DNA of 64,000 nt from Camelus dromedarius (taxonomy: Eukaryota), in NCBI RefSeq assembly GCF_036321535.1, contig NC_087437.1:58530001-58594000 (forward strand). Reading direction: 5' to 3'. The notes under the pieces were generated by a model. It made no database searches. It was not told where the DNA came from and saw only the letters and a program-made list of their open reading frames with translations. Shown here piece by piece: positions 26,567-40,135 of the stretch; the stretch's first letter is position 1; every line of letters begins with the position of its first letter. The translations under genes were made by a program, and so were the position numbers.

Positions 26567-28525
26567 TTTTAAAACCCTTTAATCCCCTTCTTTAGAATGA
26601 CATGCAAAGCCCTTCCCAACCTTCCCCACAGTATCTTTTCAGCCTCCCCTCTCTGTTCTTCCTGTCCCACTCCACCACACACACACGCCCTGCTCACCAA
26701 CTGTGCCAAGCGACATCTAGTTCTCCAAATGGAATGTGCTCTGTTTCTTTACACCTCAGTACCTCGGTACATTGTGCCTCCTTGACTTAAAATGTTCTTT
26801 ACCTTATCTGGGCTTGCTGGTAAACTCCTATTTGTCCATCTAGATTATTTTCAGTTGGTACTTTTTCACTGAAGTCATCCAGAAATTTGCTGTAGCTTCC
26901 TTGGTGTTCTCACAACACTTTGCATATACTGCAGTCATAACAGCAGCCCACTGAACTCCATCCTCCACTGGATATTCAGCCCTAGGACTTTTTGTTCTAG
27001 CCCTAATACCTAGCACAGGGACTCATATATAGTTAGTACTCAAGAAGGGTGGAAGGAAGGAAGGTATAAAGGAAGGAAGGAAGGAAAGGTATTTCTTTAG
27101 ATCACTTTAGTTCCTTGTAGAACTTATACTTGAGTTAGTTGAATAAAATGTTTGCTTCTTCCATTAAAGTGTTTGTCCCTTGAAGGCAGGAACAAAGCTT
27201 TATCTATATCCATAGCATCCACATTGTAGAGACTCATCACATGTTCAATTGATATAGATTAGCTATTGTCTAAGACTGAGAAAAGATGGGTGCCATAAAG
27301 GCATTTGCTGGGGGACATGTCAAGAGGGACTGCAGGGCTGGATACTCATGGTCCAAAGGTATTAACTGATTCTATCCCTTCCTACATGTGACTACCATGG
27401 ATTTACCTTTACAGCAATCACTTTTCTTAAGGGAAAAACTCTTTCTTGCTAAATAAATAGATAGGAAAGTAGAGAATTAGAATCTCCCATCTAAACCAGG
27501 CACTGGAAACAGTTGAAACAGCTCTACCCTCAACTAGTTTCTCTGCCTTTTGAGAGAAAATGATTCCTTGCTCCATCATCACATAGCCCTTATTTCAAAG
27601 TCATAAGTAAATATCTTACCAGTGTACCTAAATGTGGGACTTCCAACCATATGAATCAGAATCACATGTACACTTTTTAAAAATGTAAATTCCTGAAACA
27701 CCACCCCAAATTTCTGAAGGTAGGACCAGAGGACCAGGGCATCTCCAGCTCAGTATCTCAGCTGATTCTTATGCACATGGTATCTAGGGATGGCAGATCG
27801 ATACAGTGAAAGAGATATTTCCATTTAGACAAGTAATAGTTCTTCCATCAAATGAGTTTTATAAAGGTAACTACCTCACATGGTTGATGTGACAATTAAA
27901 TAACATGTTGCCTATAAAGTGCTTATATGATGCCTAATACAAGGCAAGTGCTCTCTATGTACTAGCCAATACTGTTTCTAGACTTTGAGTTCCTTGGTGA
28001 AAGAATATGCCTTTTTCATCCTTGTATTGACCTTGACATTTTAGCATCCAACATATGGACCTACAGATAATTGGCCCCCAACAAACTGAATTATACCAAA
28101 CTTTGATCTTGTGTAAGGTTGGATGGAAAAATTAAAACAGGATGCCATTTTTTCTTAAGTTGGCCAAGATCTTTGATAAGTTCTGAAAAGTGACCAATGA
28201 GATTTACCAGGGCATTTTTGTACAAATTCAGTAGGATCCTTCATGAAGTGGCACAAACTTTCTAAAAAGCAATTCAGCAAACTTATCAAGTGTCTTAAAA
28301 GCATTCATAATTTTGTTGCAGTGATACAATTATTGTTTCCAGGAATTCTTTGTAAGGAAATAATCTGAAATGAAAAGGTAAAATTCTATATTACTACACA
28401 CAAGAGTAAAACATACACACACACTAGAGAGAATTTAATTGTCAAACTTCTGGAGAACAGTTAAGTAAATATGACACCTCCACAAAGTGGAATATTATTC
28501 AGTCATCAAATTAAAATTCACAATA

Positions 28526-28674
28526 GGGGGAGGGTATAGCTCAAGTGGTAGAGTGCATGCTTACCATGCACAAGGTCCTGGGTTCAATCCCCAGAACCTC
28601 CTCTAAAGATAAATAAATAAACCTAATTACCTACCCCCCCAACAAAATATAAAATAAATGTTTTAATAAATAAA
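28526..28674 (+). mobile_element. vic-1-type SINE
   Basis: Perfect 14-bp TSD taaaattcacaata at 28512-28525 and 28675-28688. Confidence 0.95.
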
Positions 28675-29781
28675 TAAAATTCACAATAAATTTTTAATGA
28701 CATAGGGGAATATTTATAATGTGTTAAATGAACAAAGGCATTTATACTTCTAGTCCAATCATGTAGAAGAAAATTATAGAAGAAAAAGCTAGCAGAAAAT
28801 ACACCAAACGTTAACAATGATAGAACCATGGTGATGCTTATCTATTTCCTTATAGTTTTCTGTGCTTTCAAAAATATGTAAAGTAGAATCAAATATATTT
28901 TAAAATAAAGTCAGAAAGTAATGTTACTTTTAAAAGTAAATGAGGAAACATGGGGAAGACTTGCTTTTTCCTATTCCTCCCAATGAATTCAACTAAGATT
29001 CATGAACATTACATAGAAAACAAAGATAAGAAGCCTAAATGGTGGAGCGAAGGCAGATTGGCTGGGGAACTTGGGAGCCAAGGAACAAATGACATGGTAG
29101 TGAGTTCCCTGGGTTTTCTTTTTGCCTCATCTATAACTTGAATCAAATGAAGTAGCAACCTGGAAATGAGAGAAAACACACACACACACACAGCCTGATC
29201 TCTCTACCCACGTGACCAGGAAAAGGATCCAAAGTTCATGCACATGAAAAACTGTGGCCCTCACTCCACCTACAGCAGCAAAGGCCAAGTGGGGAGTCTA
29301 GACTGCTCTTCTCAACATGTTGTAAAGAGGAACCTCACCTTCCTGCAGGAATGATGTCATATAAGACTACATAAGGAGCCAAGATTTTCATTCCCACCAA
29401 ATAGTAACAAGCACCTTTTCCCCTTGGGTGTCAGTGGAAACCATGTGGAGCCTGGACTTCCACTCCCAACCAGCAGTAACAAGGGTCCCCTCCTCCTTCA
29501 TGCTGGGGTGTTGTCAGAGGAAGCCTAATGGAGATTCAAGACTTTTTACTTCCAACCAGCAATAGTAAGACCCTATCCCATGGCATCCATGGAGGCCATG
29601 TTGGGAGGAGGAATGAGGCACTTCTCACACTCCAAGCCATAGAGTTCTCAGTGGAAGCTGGTGGTGCTGAAACTCCCACCCTCAACCAGCAAAAACGAGG
29701 AGCCTCCCTCTCCTCAAGTGTCCATGGCGGTTGAGTAGGTAACCGGGACTTGCACCACCAACTGGCAGGAATGAGACGCAC

Positions 29782-30021
29782 AAGCCGCACAAGATCCAGG
29801 TGGCCCAGAACATCTCCCAGATGATCACTGCATCACAGAGTTGTATCTGTCTCACTGCTGACAATCTTATGCTGAACCTACAGGAGGAAGGTTTCACCCG
29901 GGGAAGTGATAGCCTCATCAAGGGTAAGAAATGAGGCTGGTGACCAAGAACTCCACCCCCAGGGAAGAAGTGGATCTGTTTCTCCCTCGGTTTTTGAGGA
30001 GGCAGCTTGGGGTCCAGCACA
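29782..30021 (+). pseudogene. PHB2: Processed fragment of prohibitin 2 mRNA (last 50 codons, stop codon and ~85 nt of 3'UTR)
   Basis: 29782-29934 reads [50 protein letters not shown]. Recalled PHB2 reads [50 protein letters not shown] (36/50 identical). It is followed by PHB2-like UTR caagaactccacccccag. Confidence 0.92.
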
Positions 30022-30806
30022 CCCCCACCAGTGGAGCAGTGGAGCAGTGTCAACAGAACCAACTAAGTTTTAAATAAGATCCAGAGTCTCATAACATAAT
30101 ATCTAAAATGTCCATGTTTTAATTTTCTTTAAGTCATACCAAAAACAGAAAGATCTCAAACTGAATGAAGAAACATAACCCATAGATGCCAACACAAATA
30201 TAAAAGAGATGTTAGAATTATTTGACAAAGATTTTAAAGCAGCCATCATAAAAGTGCTTTAAGGTGCAATTAGAGTCACATGTAAAAGAAATGAAAAACA
30301 GAATATCTCAGCAAAAAATAGAAGATCTAAAGTAGAATCAAATGGAAATTTTAGAACTGAAATTAAAAAAAAAAAAACTCTCAATGGATGGGCTCAACAG
30401 TAGAAGGGAAGGACAGGAAATAATGAGTGATGTGAAAGATAGAACAGTAAAAATTGCCCAATCTGAACTATAGAGAGAAAATAGCCTAAAAAAATGTTGA
30501 ATAGAGCCTTAGGACCTGTGAAACTATAACAATCTTATTATTCATGTCATTAGAAGGACAATAGATAATTTGAATAACCCCATAACTATCAAGAAAGTTG
30601 AGTTTATACTTTTTATATTTCCAAAAAGAAATCCCTAAGCCCAGGTGGTTTCACTGAAAAACTCTACTAAACATTTAAAGAATAATTAATATCAACTCTT
30701 CAAAATTTCTTCCAGAAAATAAAAGAAGATGAAACATCCCTTAATTTATTTTTTGAAGCTAGTATCACTAATAACAAAACTAGACAGTATAAAAAAAGAA
30801 ACAAAG

Positions 30807-30854
30807 TTGACACAACATTGTAAAATGACTATAACTCAATAAAAAAATGTTTAA
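30807..30854 (+). mobile_element. Very short young L1 3' stub nested in the old L1
   Basis: ttgacacaacattgtaaaatgactataactcaataaaaaa flanked by a 16-bp TSD aaaaaaagaaacaaag (30791-30806 / 30855-30870). Confidence 0.85.
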
Positions 30855-31328
30855 AAAAAAAGAAACAAAGGAAGGAAAAGAAAGCAATCAAACTGTAGAC
30901 CAATATCCCTCAGGAATACAGAAGCAGAAGTCCTAGATAAAATATTAACAAATAGAATTCAACAATATGTTAGATGAAATATGCAACAAGTGGTGTATTC
31001 CAAGGACATAAGACTACTTTAACATCCATAAATCAATCAATGTAATCCATCATGTTAACAGAGCAAAAAACCAAAAAATAAAACAAAAACATGATCATAG
31101 CAATTAATACAGATAAAGCGTTTGACAATTTTCACATCCATTCCTGATAAAAACTCTCAGAGTAATAGAAATGAAAGGAAGCTTCCTCAACTTGACAAAA
31201 AGCATCTTTAAGAATATATAAGTGACATTATATTTAATGGTAACAGACTGAATGTTTGCCCCATAAGATCAGGAACAAGACAAGGTGTCTGTTCTCACCA
31301 CATTTATTCAAAACAGCACAGGAGTTAT

Positions 31329-31469
31329 AACTAGACAAGAAGAAGAAATAAACAGTGTACAGAAATAAAATTATTTCTACTTGCATATGAATTGCATAAA
31401 ATTATTTCAACTAGACAAGAAAAAGAAATAAACAGTGTACAGAAATAAATTATTTCTACTTGCATATGA
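31329..31469. repeat. Near-tandem duplication (62 bp and 61 bp copies, 18-bp spacer)
   Basis: Copies at 31329-31390 and 31409-31469 differ by one substitution and one 1-bp indel. Confidence 0.95.
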
Positions 31470-33375
31470 TTTCTATATAGAAAATCCCAAGAAATCTACC
31501 AAAAAACCCTCCTAGAACTAATAAACGAGTTCACCACAGTCACAAAATACAAGATAAATATACAAAAATCAATTATCTTTCTGTATCCCAGTAATGAACA
31601 CATGAATACTGAAAATAAAAATATAAGATGATTTACAATCACTCAAAAAATGAAATACTTAGATGTAAATCAAACAGCATGTACGGGACTCGTATACTGA
31701 AGACTACAAAATGCTAATGAAAGAAACCAAAGAAAATCTAAATAAAATGGAGATAAATACCACATTTATGGTTGGAAATCTCAACATAGTAACAATTTTA
31801 ATTCTTTCCAAATTAATACATGGATTTAACACAATTCCTATCAAAATCTCAGTAAGATTTTTTGTAGCTATAAACAAGATTATTCTAAAATTTACATGGG
31901 AAAGCAAATGAACTATAATAGCTAAAATAATTTTGAAAAATGAAATAAAGTGGGAGCAACCAGTCTACCTGATTTCGAGACTTATTGTATAGCTACCTTA
32001 CTCAGGACTGTGTAGCACTGGCACATAACTCAAAGGAAAAGAATAGTAACCAAGAAACAGACATATAAATATGCCCAATTGACTTTTGACAAATATGCAA
32101 AAGAGATTTGATGGTGAAAAATAGCATTTTCAACAAATGGTACAGGAGCAACTGGACATCTAAAGACAAAAAATGGACCTAAGTCTCACATCTTATACAA
32201 AAACTAACTCTCAATGGATCTCACACTTGAATGTAAAACATAAAACTTTAAGAATAGAACTAGGAAAAAATATTGGGGTCTGTGGCTACACAGAGAGTTC
32301 TTAGATTTTACTTCAAAAGCACTGTCCATGAAAGGAGAACATGATAAATTGGAATTCATTAAAACTAAACTTTCACTCTGCGAAAACGTTTGCCTGTTAA
32401 GGAGAGGAAAAGAAAATCTATTGACTGGAAGAAAGTATTTGCAAGCCACATATCTGACAAAGGACTGGTATCTAGAATATATAAAGCATTCTCAAAACTT
32501 GATAGAAAAAAAATTCAACTAGATTATTGACAAAAGACTTGAAGTTACAGATGGCTAATAAGCACATAAAAAAAGATGTTCAAAATCCATAGCCCTTAGG
32601 GAAACACAAACTAAAAATATCACTAATTACCCATCAGAATGGTTAAAATAAATACTAGTGACAACAGCAAACGCTGATGAGGACGTGGAGAACATGAGTC
32701 ATTTGTCCATTGCTGTTGGGAATGTAGAATGGTACAGCCACTCCGGAAAACAATTTAGTTGTTTCTTTAAAAACTAAACATGTAACTTCCATACAACCCA
32801 GTGATTGCTCCCCTGAACATTTATCCCAGAGAAATGAAAAGTTACGTTCACACAAAAACCTATACACAAATGTTTATAGCAGCTTTATTCTTAGGAGCCA
32901 GATACTAGAAACAACTCAAATGACCTTCAATGGATGAATGGTTAAATAAAACACAGCACCATGGAATACTATGGAACACTACTCAACGATAAAGAAGGAT
33001 GAACTCTTGATATACGCAACAATCTAGATCAGTCTCCAGAGAATGATACTGATTAACAGAGTCAGTGTCAAAGTTTATATACTGTATGGTCACATTTATA
33101 TAACAGTCTTGAAATGACAAAACTATTGAAATAGGGAACAGATTAGTGGTTGCAAGAACTTAAGTGTAGATAAGAAGGAAATGGATATGGCTATAAAAAG
33201 GCAAATGAAGAGGACTTGTGGTGATGGAAATGTTCTGTACCTTAATCATATCAATGTCAATTTCCTGATTGTGAGATTGTACTATAGTTCTGCAAGATGT
33301 TACTAATGGGTGCACAGACTCTCCATGTATTATTTCTCACAACTGCATGTGAATCTACAATTATCTTTACCAAAA

Positions 33376-33414
<39 letters not shown>

Positions 33415-33989
33415 AATGAATATTTAGAGTAGATTATCTCTAAGTGATTTTCTATATCTGAAATTCCATGATTTGGGTCGGGGGGTGTTTCAGGATCCAT
33501 TTGGCTCTTGGTGAAAAATAGCTGCATTATTTCCAGGAAGCAAAGCTTCCTACAGATCTGTTCACCAATCTTCGTGCTGGTAAGTAAGGGTCTGGGCACC
33601 CTCAAAATGAGAACAGGTATGAAACCAAATCAGACAGATCTTACAGATCTACGTCTATTTAGAGGTGGAAGAAACAAGGGTCAGGCAAAGGGAAATTCTT
33701 TATACAAAATAAATGGTTAATGGAAGAATCCTTATTAGGAAGAACCCAAACTTCTAAACAGGCCCTTCCCGTCACAACATTTTGTAAATATCTACCACTC
33801 TCACTGACAGCGTGTCTAAACTCTTTAACACCATGCAGCCCAAGTCCTTTCTGAGCTCTACAAAATCAGCATTAAAAAAAAAAAAAGACTTGGACCATCC
33901 TAACAAGTAATATTTCACTATGACAATGAAGAAAAAGTTAAAAAAAAAAAAAAAAAGGAAATGAGACCAGAAAGGAAAGGAAAAGAGTA

Positions 33990-34205
33990 AGGGTCAGTCA
34001 AATTTTTTTCTGTAAAGTACCAGATAGTAAATATTTTCAGCTTTGTGGGCTGTACAGTCTCTCACAACTACTCAGTTCTGCTGTTGTAGTGCAAAAGCAG
34101 CCAGAGACAATCTGTGAACAAGTGCAGGGAGCTTCCAATAAAACTTGATTTATAAAACAATCAGTGGCCATATTTCAAGCACAATCCATAGTACGCAGAC
34201 CCATC
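33990..34205. mobile_element. MER58A-like hAT-Charlie element
   Basis: ttctgtaaag..ccagatagtaaatatttt...caactactca...aaagcagcca.agacaat. Confidence 0.85.
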
Positions 34206-34375
34206 CCATAGAAGAGCAACAGAAATGTTTAATGTTTACACCTGCAGTGACAGTGCCTACCAAATGGGGTTATTATGAATTTAAAATGAAGGATCACATG
34301 AAAATGTGTGTCAATGGACATAGGCCCTAACAAGTTGTCGATAAATGTTAACTGTTACTATAATTAAGCAGGAAT

Positions 34376-34916
34376 TGTGAGCAGTTCCTTTGCCCCTTTT
34401 CTGTTTGTCCACCTCTGTTTCCCTCAGACATTAACTTTGAAAATGAGATCACTAGGTAACATTTAACCTAACTCCTGATTTATGCTTTACTGAATGTACA
34501 CAATGCCTTGCCTAACCTGTTGATTCCTCGCCTGGATTAAAAACAGAAGGAAGGAAGAATTAAGTAGTTAAAGAATGACTAACTCTCTACTTCTCGCTAA
34601 GCAAATGTGCACATGGACCACATGGGCAAGGCAGCATCTAAAGGAGGATCAGGAGTCAGCTAATCTGCACACAGTGGAAAACTGACAAAGAATCTGACCC
34701 CCTCCCTTAAGGATTAGCCAAGATTATTTCCTCTTTTTCCCTTTAAAACCTTTCATGGCTGTGCAGAATCTTCAGAGTTGATTTTGGGAGGCAAGTTTAC
34801 CTTCTCCCTGAGTTGCCAGCTTCCTGATTAAGGCCACCTTTCCTTTGCAACCAACGCTTGTCTCTTGTGTATTGATTTTTATGAGTGGCGAGCAGCCAAA
34901 CCTGAGTTCGGCAACA
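34376..34916 (+). mobile_element. ERV1 solo LTR (MER39-like), antisense to ATP13A4
   Basis: TG...CA termini with a perfect 4-bp TSD gaat (34372-34375 / 34917-34920). Confidence 0.85.
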
Positions 34917-35139
34917 GAATCAGACTGATCTAAGACTTGTCTGGATCTGAACAGAGAGGTCTGAACTCCTTATCTTCAACAATCTTAGTGACAAAGTGAG
35001 TGGCACCTCTGTCTTCTTCCAGGTAGATGTCCCTTTATCCCAGAGTCTCTGTGGATATCAAAGAGAGAATTGCATGGAGAGAAGGTAGCTTCTTTAAATT
35101 ATCATTGCAAGAATTTCTGAGATGTGTTTCAAAGAACTC

Positions 35140-35520
35140 TGCCACATGAAGGGCAGTTGAAGAAACTGAGTGTTTAGATTGAAGAAGAGATGTTTGGAGG
35201 GTGGGGCTGGGGGACACACAAGAACAATTTTTAATGCCTGCATTGTAGAAATGGAAGCTGATTTTTTAACAAGTGGCCCCAAAAGGCAAAAGAAGTAGGA
35301 CTAATGAATTCAGGTTAATAGAACCAAATTTCAGTTCAACATAAGGAAGTGTTTTGTTTTTATTTTTAAGTAGTCTGCTCTGTCTTACAAGGAAATGATT
35401 TGTCTTATGGTAAATTTCCTTCTCTGAGGGCATTTGAGGAGAGGTTGAATGGGTGAGGTAAGGGGCTGGAGAAGGTTAGATAAACCTTGAAGAAGCTCCT
35501 GGCCTGAGACTCTATGCTTC
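35140..35520 (+). mobile_element. CR1/L3 3' remnant
   Basis: aggactaatg...atttcagttcaacataaggaag...ttccttctctg motif order typical of L3. Confidence 0.55.
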
Positions 35521-37354
35521 TACGGAACAGGTAAAATGAAGTGTAATAAATCAGGCATCTATTTCTCTAAATTCTAATCCTTATTTACCTCTCAATTTGT
35601 GTGCTATTTTATATAATTTTGGAATGTATCTGTAACTAGCTACATTCATCCATCATTCATTCATTTTTTTCTGAAAATATATATTGTGAACTTTCGAGGT
35701 GTCATGCATTTTTCTAAGCATTGAAGACACAGCAGTGAATAGTTGGTCAGTAATCCATGAAAGATTAAGTAGAAAATTATATCCTCCTTCGGGTAATAAA
35801 ATATTTACTTTAATTTGCGTATTCTTTTGCTGTTTTCAATTGGACAATTAATTGTTATCGGGGCCATTTGTAGGCAATTATTTCAATGATGTTAAAACTC
35901 AAATATAAATTTTTTCCTGCTCTGTGATCTTGTGTAAAAGTTCAGAAGGAAAATGATTGGGTTTTTCTCTCAATAGTTTGAAAGCCCCCATAATCAGGCC
36001 TTTATTAAAGAGCAGATACTATAGCTGTGGCCACAGGGGGTGGAATTTGATAGTAAGATAATAGGAATTCTAGCTTTTATTTATTCCTCGTAGGGTAGAA
36101 ACTGCAGGGGGAAGCTACACAGGAAACCTTCCTGAAGTGAAATATGAAGGCTCCCTGGTCTATTGCCAGAGGCCCGCTCACCTCCGCTACACGGGACTGC
36201 TGTGGTCAGAGCTGGTCCTTCAGATGCACGTGATGCCTTCTGCCTGAAAAGCCTTTGAATAAATAGAAGCTTCACAACTTTCTGTTGTGCACTTGCTCTT
36301 CATAATTCTCTGGGATGGAGAATGGCAAACATGGCATTTCTGAGCATCAAAATCATACTCTTTCATGGCAGATAGACATGAGTTTAGATCTCTGCTCCTG
36401 AGATGGGGATTTTCTTAAAACCTAGCCAATCTAGCCTTACAAATTTGTAGACCACCCCTACAAAGGGCATGATTTTAGGAACTAAGAAAGACTATCTTTT
36501 AAAAAAATCCCTCTCATTTATACAAAATGCAGGTAAGATTTATAGGCAGAGGTATTCACTACAATATTAGTAGAAGTAGTAAGAGAAAGCAGTCTATGTA
36601 TAGGATTCAGGTAATAATTGAAAAATATCATATAGCCATTAAAATAATGTTTAAGTATTTTTAATAACACGGGGGAAATATATACATAATAATAATAAGT
36701 GAAGGGAAACAACATAAGATTATGCAATATGATTTCAAATTTAATTGAAAAAAAGATGAGGCATAAACAAAAAAAGGCCAAAAGATCAATGTATCAAATA
36801 AAACACCAGTGGTATTTGCCTTGGGTGATGGCATCATTGAGATTCTTCTTTTACTTCTCTATTGTACACAATTTAACCATTGAATATGATTAAAAGAAAT
36901 TTTAAAATTGGAAAAATAAATATTTTTAAAAGCCCTTTTTTTTAACCTCTTTACAGATATCTAAAATACCACCAGGAAAGCCCCTTGAAGCCCAAATACA
37001 AAATGACTGGCTAAGACCAAGTTGAACAAGGGCGACAGATAACCCTATCTGCCCCTACTAGAAGCCTGGCACTGAGCGACAAGCCAAGGAGGCCACACTG
37101 GTGGAGCGACAAGACCGTGAGGAGAGACCACTTCTGATGCAGGCACGCAAGGATGACTAAAAACTGCAGGGGAATCTGGGTGACCTGATTCCAGCCTCTA
37201 TGCTCCTGTTCACTGGTATGCCCCGAAGCTCAGAGAGCTATGGATTTGATAAAAAGAGACCTGGAGGTTTAGTTTCCCACAAGCTCAAGATGAGCCCAAA
37301 GTATAAAATCGCTGCTAGACTGATGCACGTGGTCTTGGTGTCTTTAGGAGCTGA

Positions 37355-37558
37355 AGCGGTGGCAGTGGTAGTAATGCTAGTCGTGGCAGTGGTGGTGATA
37401 GCAGCGGTGGGGCTGGCAGTAGTGGTGGTGGTTACGGTGGTTGTATTGGTAAGAGCAGTGGTGGCAGTGGTCGTTGTGGTAGTGAAGGCAGTAGTTGAGA
37501 CAGGGGTACTAGTAGTGGTGGCAGCAGAGATGGTGATGGCACTGGTGGTAGCAGCAGA
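37355..37558. repeat. Degenerate (GTG/GTA/GCA)n trinucleotide low-complexity tract
   Basis: Read directly from the sequence. Confidence 0.9.
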
Positions 37559-38237
37559 AGACCCCATCAGAGGTCTAAGGCAGGAAGCCACCGGAGTTAG
37601 AGCAGGAGCTTTGGAGTCAACCTTCCCAAGGTTCAAGATCTGCTTTTGCTGCTTTTTAGCTTTCAGCGTTTGATAAAATGCATAACTTCTCAGGGCTTCC
37701 TTTTGTAAAATTGGGATTAACAAGTCAATTGAGTCAGGAAAGAAGAGAAAAACTCTTATAATATTTGCACAGAATCTTCAATTCACCTATTTAGTAATGT
37801 CAATGTTACATGTAAGATATAAACAATCTGTTGGGGGTGAAGGATAAACACATGACTCTACTACAGAACCTAGTAAAAATTGTTACAGTTCAGATCTACT
37901 TTGGACAAGGAAGTGACCGAGTGTGACTCCCAGATGTCTTAAAGAAGGGGATCAGATTTAAGATGAGTTCTGATGTATGGGCAAGGCTCTAATGGCTAGG
38001 TATCAGGGTGAAGACACATCTCTGACAGACAAAGTATATAATATATTCTGGGAAGAGCCAGAAGACCACATTTGGGTGATAAGAGAAAGTAGAAAGGAAA
38101 AAACTGTCTCTTGGAACGAAAGTAAAGACCTGGACAGGGTGGTGTGATCTCCAAGCTAAAAAATCCTTATCACGTTTGCTAACTCCAAGTTGAAGAAGAA
38201 CAAACTTGAAGGTAAATGTGTGTCATAAAAATCAACA

Positions 38238-38726
38238 TTATATACAATGGAATACTATTCAGCCATTAAAAGAATGAAATAATGCCATTTGCAGCAACAT
38301 GGATGGACCTGGAGATTGTCATACTAAATGAAGTAAGCCAGAAAGAGAAAGAAAAATGCCATATGATGTCACTTATATGTGGAACCAAAAAAAAAAAAAA
38401 AAATGACACAAATGAACTTATTTACAAAACAGAAACAGACTCACAGACATAGTTATGGTTACTAGCATGGAAAAGGAGATGGAGGTAGAGGGATAAATTG
38501 GGAATTAGGGATTTGCAGATACTAACTACTATATATAAAATAGTTAAACAACAAGGTCCTACTGTATAGCACAGAGAACTACATTCAATACCTTGTAATA
38601 GCCTATAATGAAAAAGTATATATATGCACATAACTGAATCACTATGCTGTACACCAGAAATTAACACAACATTGTAAACTGACTATATTTCAATTAAAAC
38701 AAAACAAAACAAAACAAAACAAAACA
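38238..38726 (+). mobile_element. 5'-truncated young L1 with (CAAAA)n tail
   Basis: caatggaatactattcagccatt...gcagcaacatggatggacctggag, then 3'UTR. Confidence 0.92.
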
Positions 38727-39904
38727 GGTAGAAGGAACCACTTATCTACCCAAACTGAATTCTTGGATGCTTTTGTTTTTGAACTGGCTTCAAAAATTGA
38801 CCTTTCCTCACAATATCATCTTCTCTGTACTGATTCTGAGGCTGTAGTACCAGAGATTCAAAATCCTCCAGCCATGGTTTCCCCAAGAAGCTAAGAGATT
38901 CTGGAAATGCTAAGGTGATTATGGTTTCAGCCAAGGCCCTGTGTGTGCAAGCACTAAAATCAGAAAGTGTCCTAGCCTGAGGGACATAATACTTCTCTGA
39001 AAAGCACACAGCACCTTTGGGCCTCCTGCTGTTCTTTCTCTGAGGGCGCATCTAGGGCATAACTGTGCTCAGCGTCCATAAGAATAGCCCCAGGCTGAGG
39101 ACAGATTTGAGGAGGCGATGTTCTGAGCTGCCTTTCAACTCTACCCAGCTGTGGTTTCAGGCAAATCACCCAGGCTTCCAGGAAGGGCATGTAGAAATAG
39201 CTGTAGGCCATTTAGATAAGTGGTCCTGTTCTGCCTAGTCTTCACAGGGCTTTGAAATAACCACAAACCCTCCTTGAAGCTGGCGCCCAGGAGTGAATTT
39301 CCTCTGGACATATCACCAGATCACCAACTCTTTTGAAGGCTAAGTCCCTGTGCTCTGTGTCTTCTGTGGGCCTGAGGAAGCTATAGGGCTCAGCACCGGT
39401 TACTTATTTGTGGGCAGATTTACCTTTATTCCTTTATTCATGAGTAATTCATACAGCCGCTGCCAGAAATCTCCAGTTCCCACTTAATGGAATGTCTCCA
39501 GACATGTTCTCCTTTCCATGGCTGAAAAAATCTCACAGTGCTTTGAAAAAAATCAAGAGTATCACTTACATTTCTTAAGATGCTTCACAGAGATTTTATC
39601 CACCTGTTTTAAAACTTTTTAAATCATAATTTTTGTATGTGTTGGAGAGGATCCCAAGAAGCCATCTGCATTGGTCCCTAGCTCAAACCAGTGAAGTATT
39701 ATTATCTCCACCTTGTACATGAGGCAACATCAAAGAGAAGTAACCATTATCTACTTTAAAGTAGATTATTCAGAGAATAAATAATGGCAGAGCCAATGCC
39801 ATAGTGCTGCTCTCCAGCCTCATAATGTTGTGTTTCTTTCGATTATGCCCTGCTGTTTTTTCCACCGTTAACAACCAAAGTAGTGCAAACAGAATTTAGC
39901 AAAA

Positions 39905-40135
39905 CCAAGAGGCAGTAAACCACCATGTTTAAAGCGAGAACTTGAGCTGTATCTTTCCATTTACTTGGCCAGATGAAATTGGGCACGTCATTTAATCTTT
40001 CTGTGCCTCAGTTTCCTCATTTGTAGAAGAGAGATGATCATTCCTCCTCGGGTTGCTGAGAGAATTCAGTAAGTTACTATGTATAAAGATTTTAGTCCAG
40101 ATCAATCACCATGTAAGTATTTGCTACTACTATTG
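39905..40135 (+). mobile_element. MIR
   Basis: tttaatctttctgtgcctcagtttcctcatttgta core. Confidence 0.8.

Larger units (their letters stand above)
28950..33415 (+). mobile_element. Old L1 (L1MC/MD-like): repetitive 5'UTR, partial ORF1, large internal deletion near 30555, degenerate ORF2, 3'UTR and (AAAT)n tail
   Basis: ORF2 remnants such as FNTIPIKIS...KIILKFTW and KLEFIKTK, a typical 3' end caactgcatgtgaatctacaattatc, and many stops. Confidence 0.9.

Noticed and set aside
29400..29780. Periodic repeated motifs (gactt...ccagcag/ataac/gag) superficially like a repeat-spacer array
   Set aside because: Degenerate tandem units of an old L1 5'UTR in a mammalian intron; not CRISPR-like.
37200..37723. 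Overlapping Val-rich (157 aa) and Thr-rich mucin-like (161 aa) ORFs
   Set aside because: By-products of a stop-poor trinucleotide low-complexity tract; no recognisable domain or exon structure.
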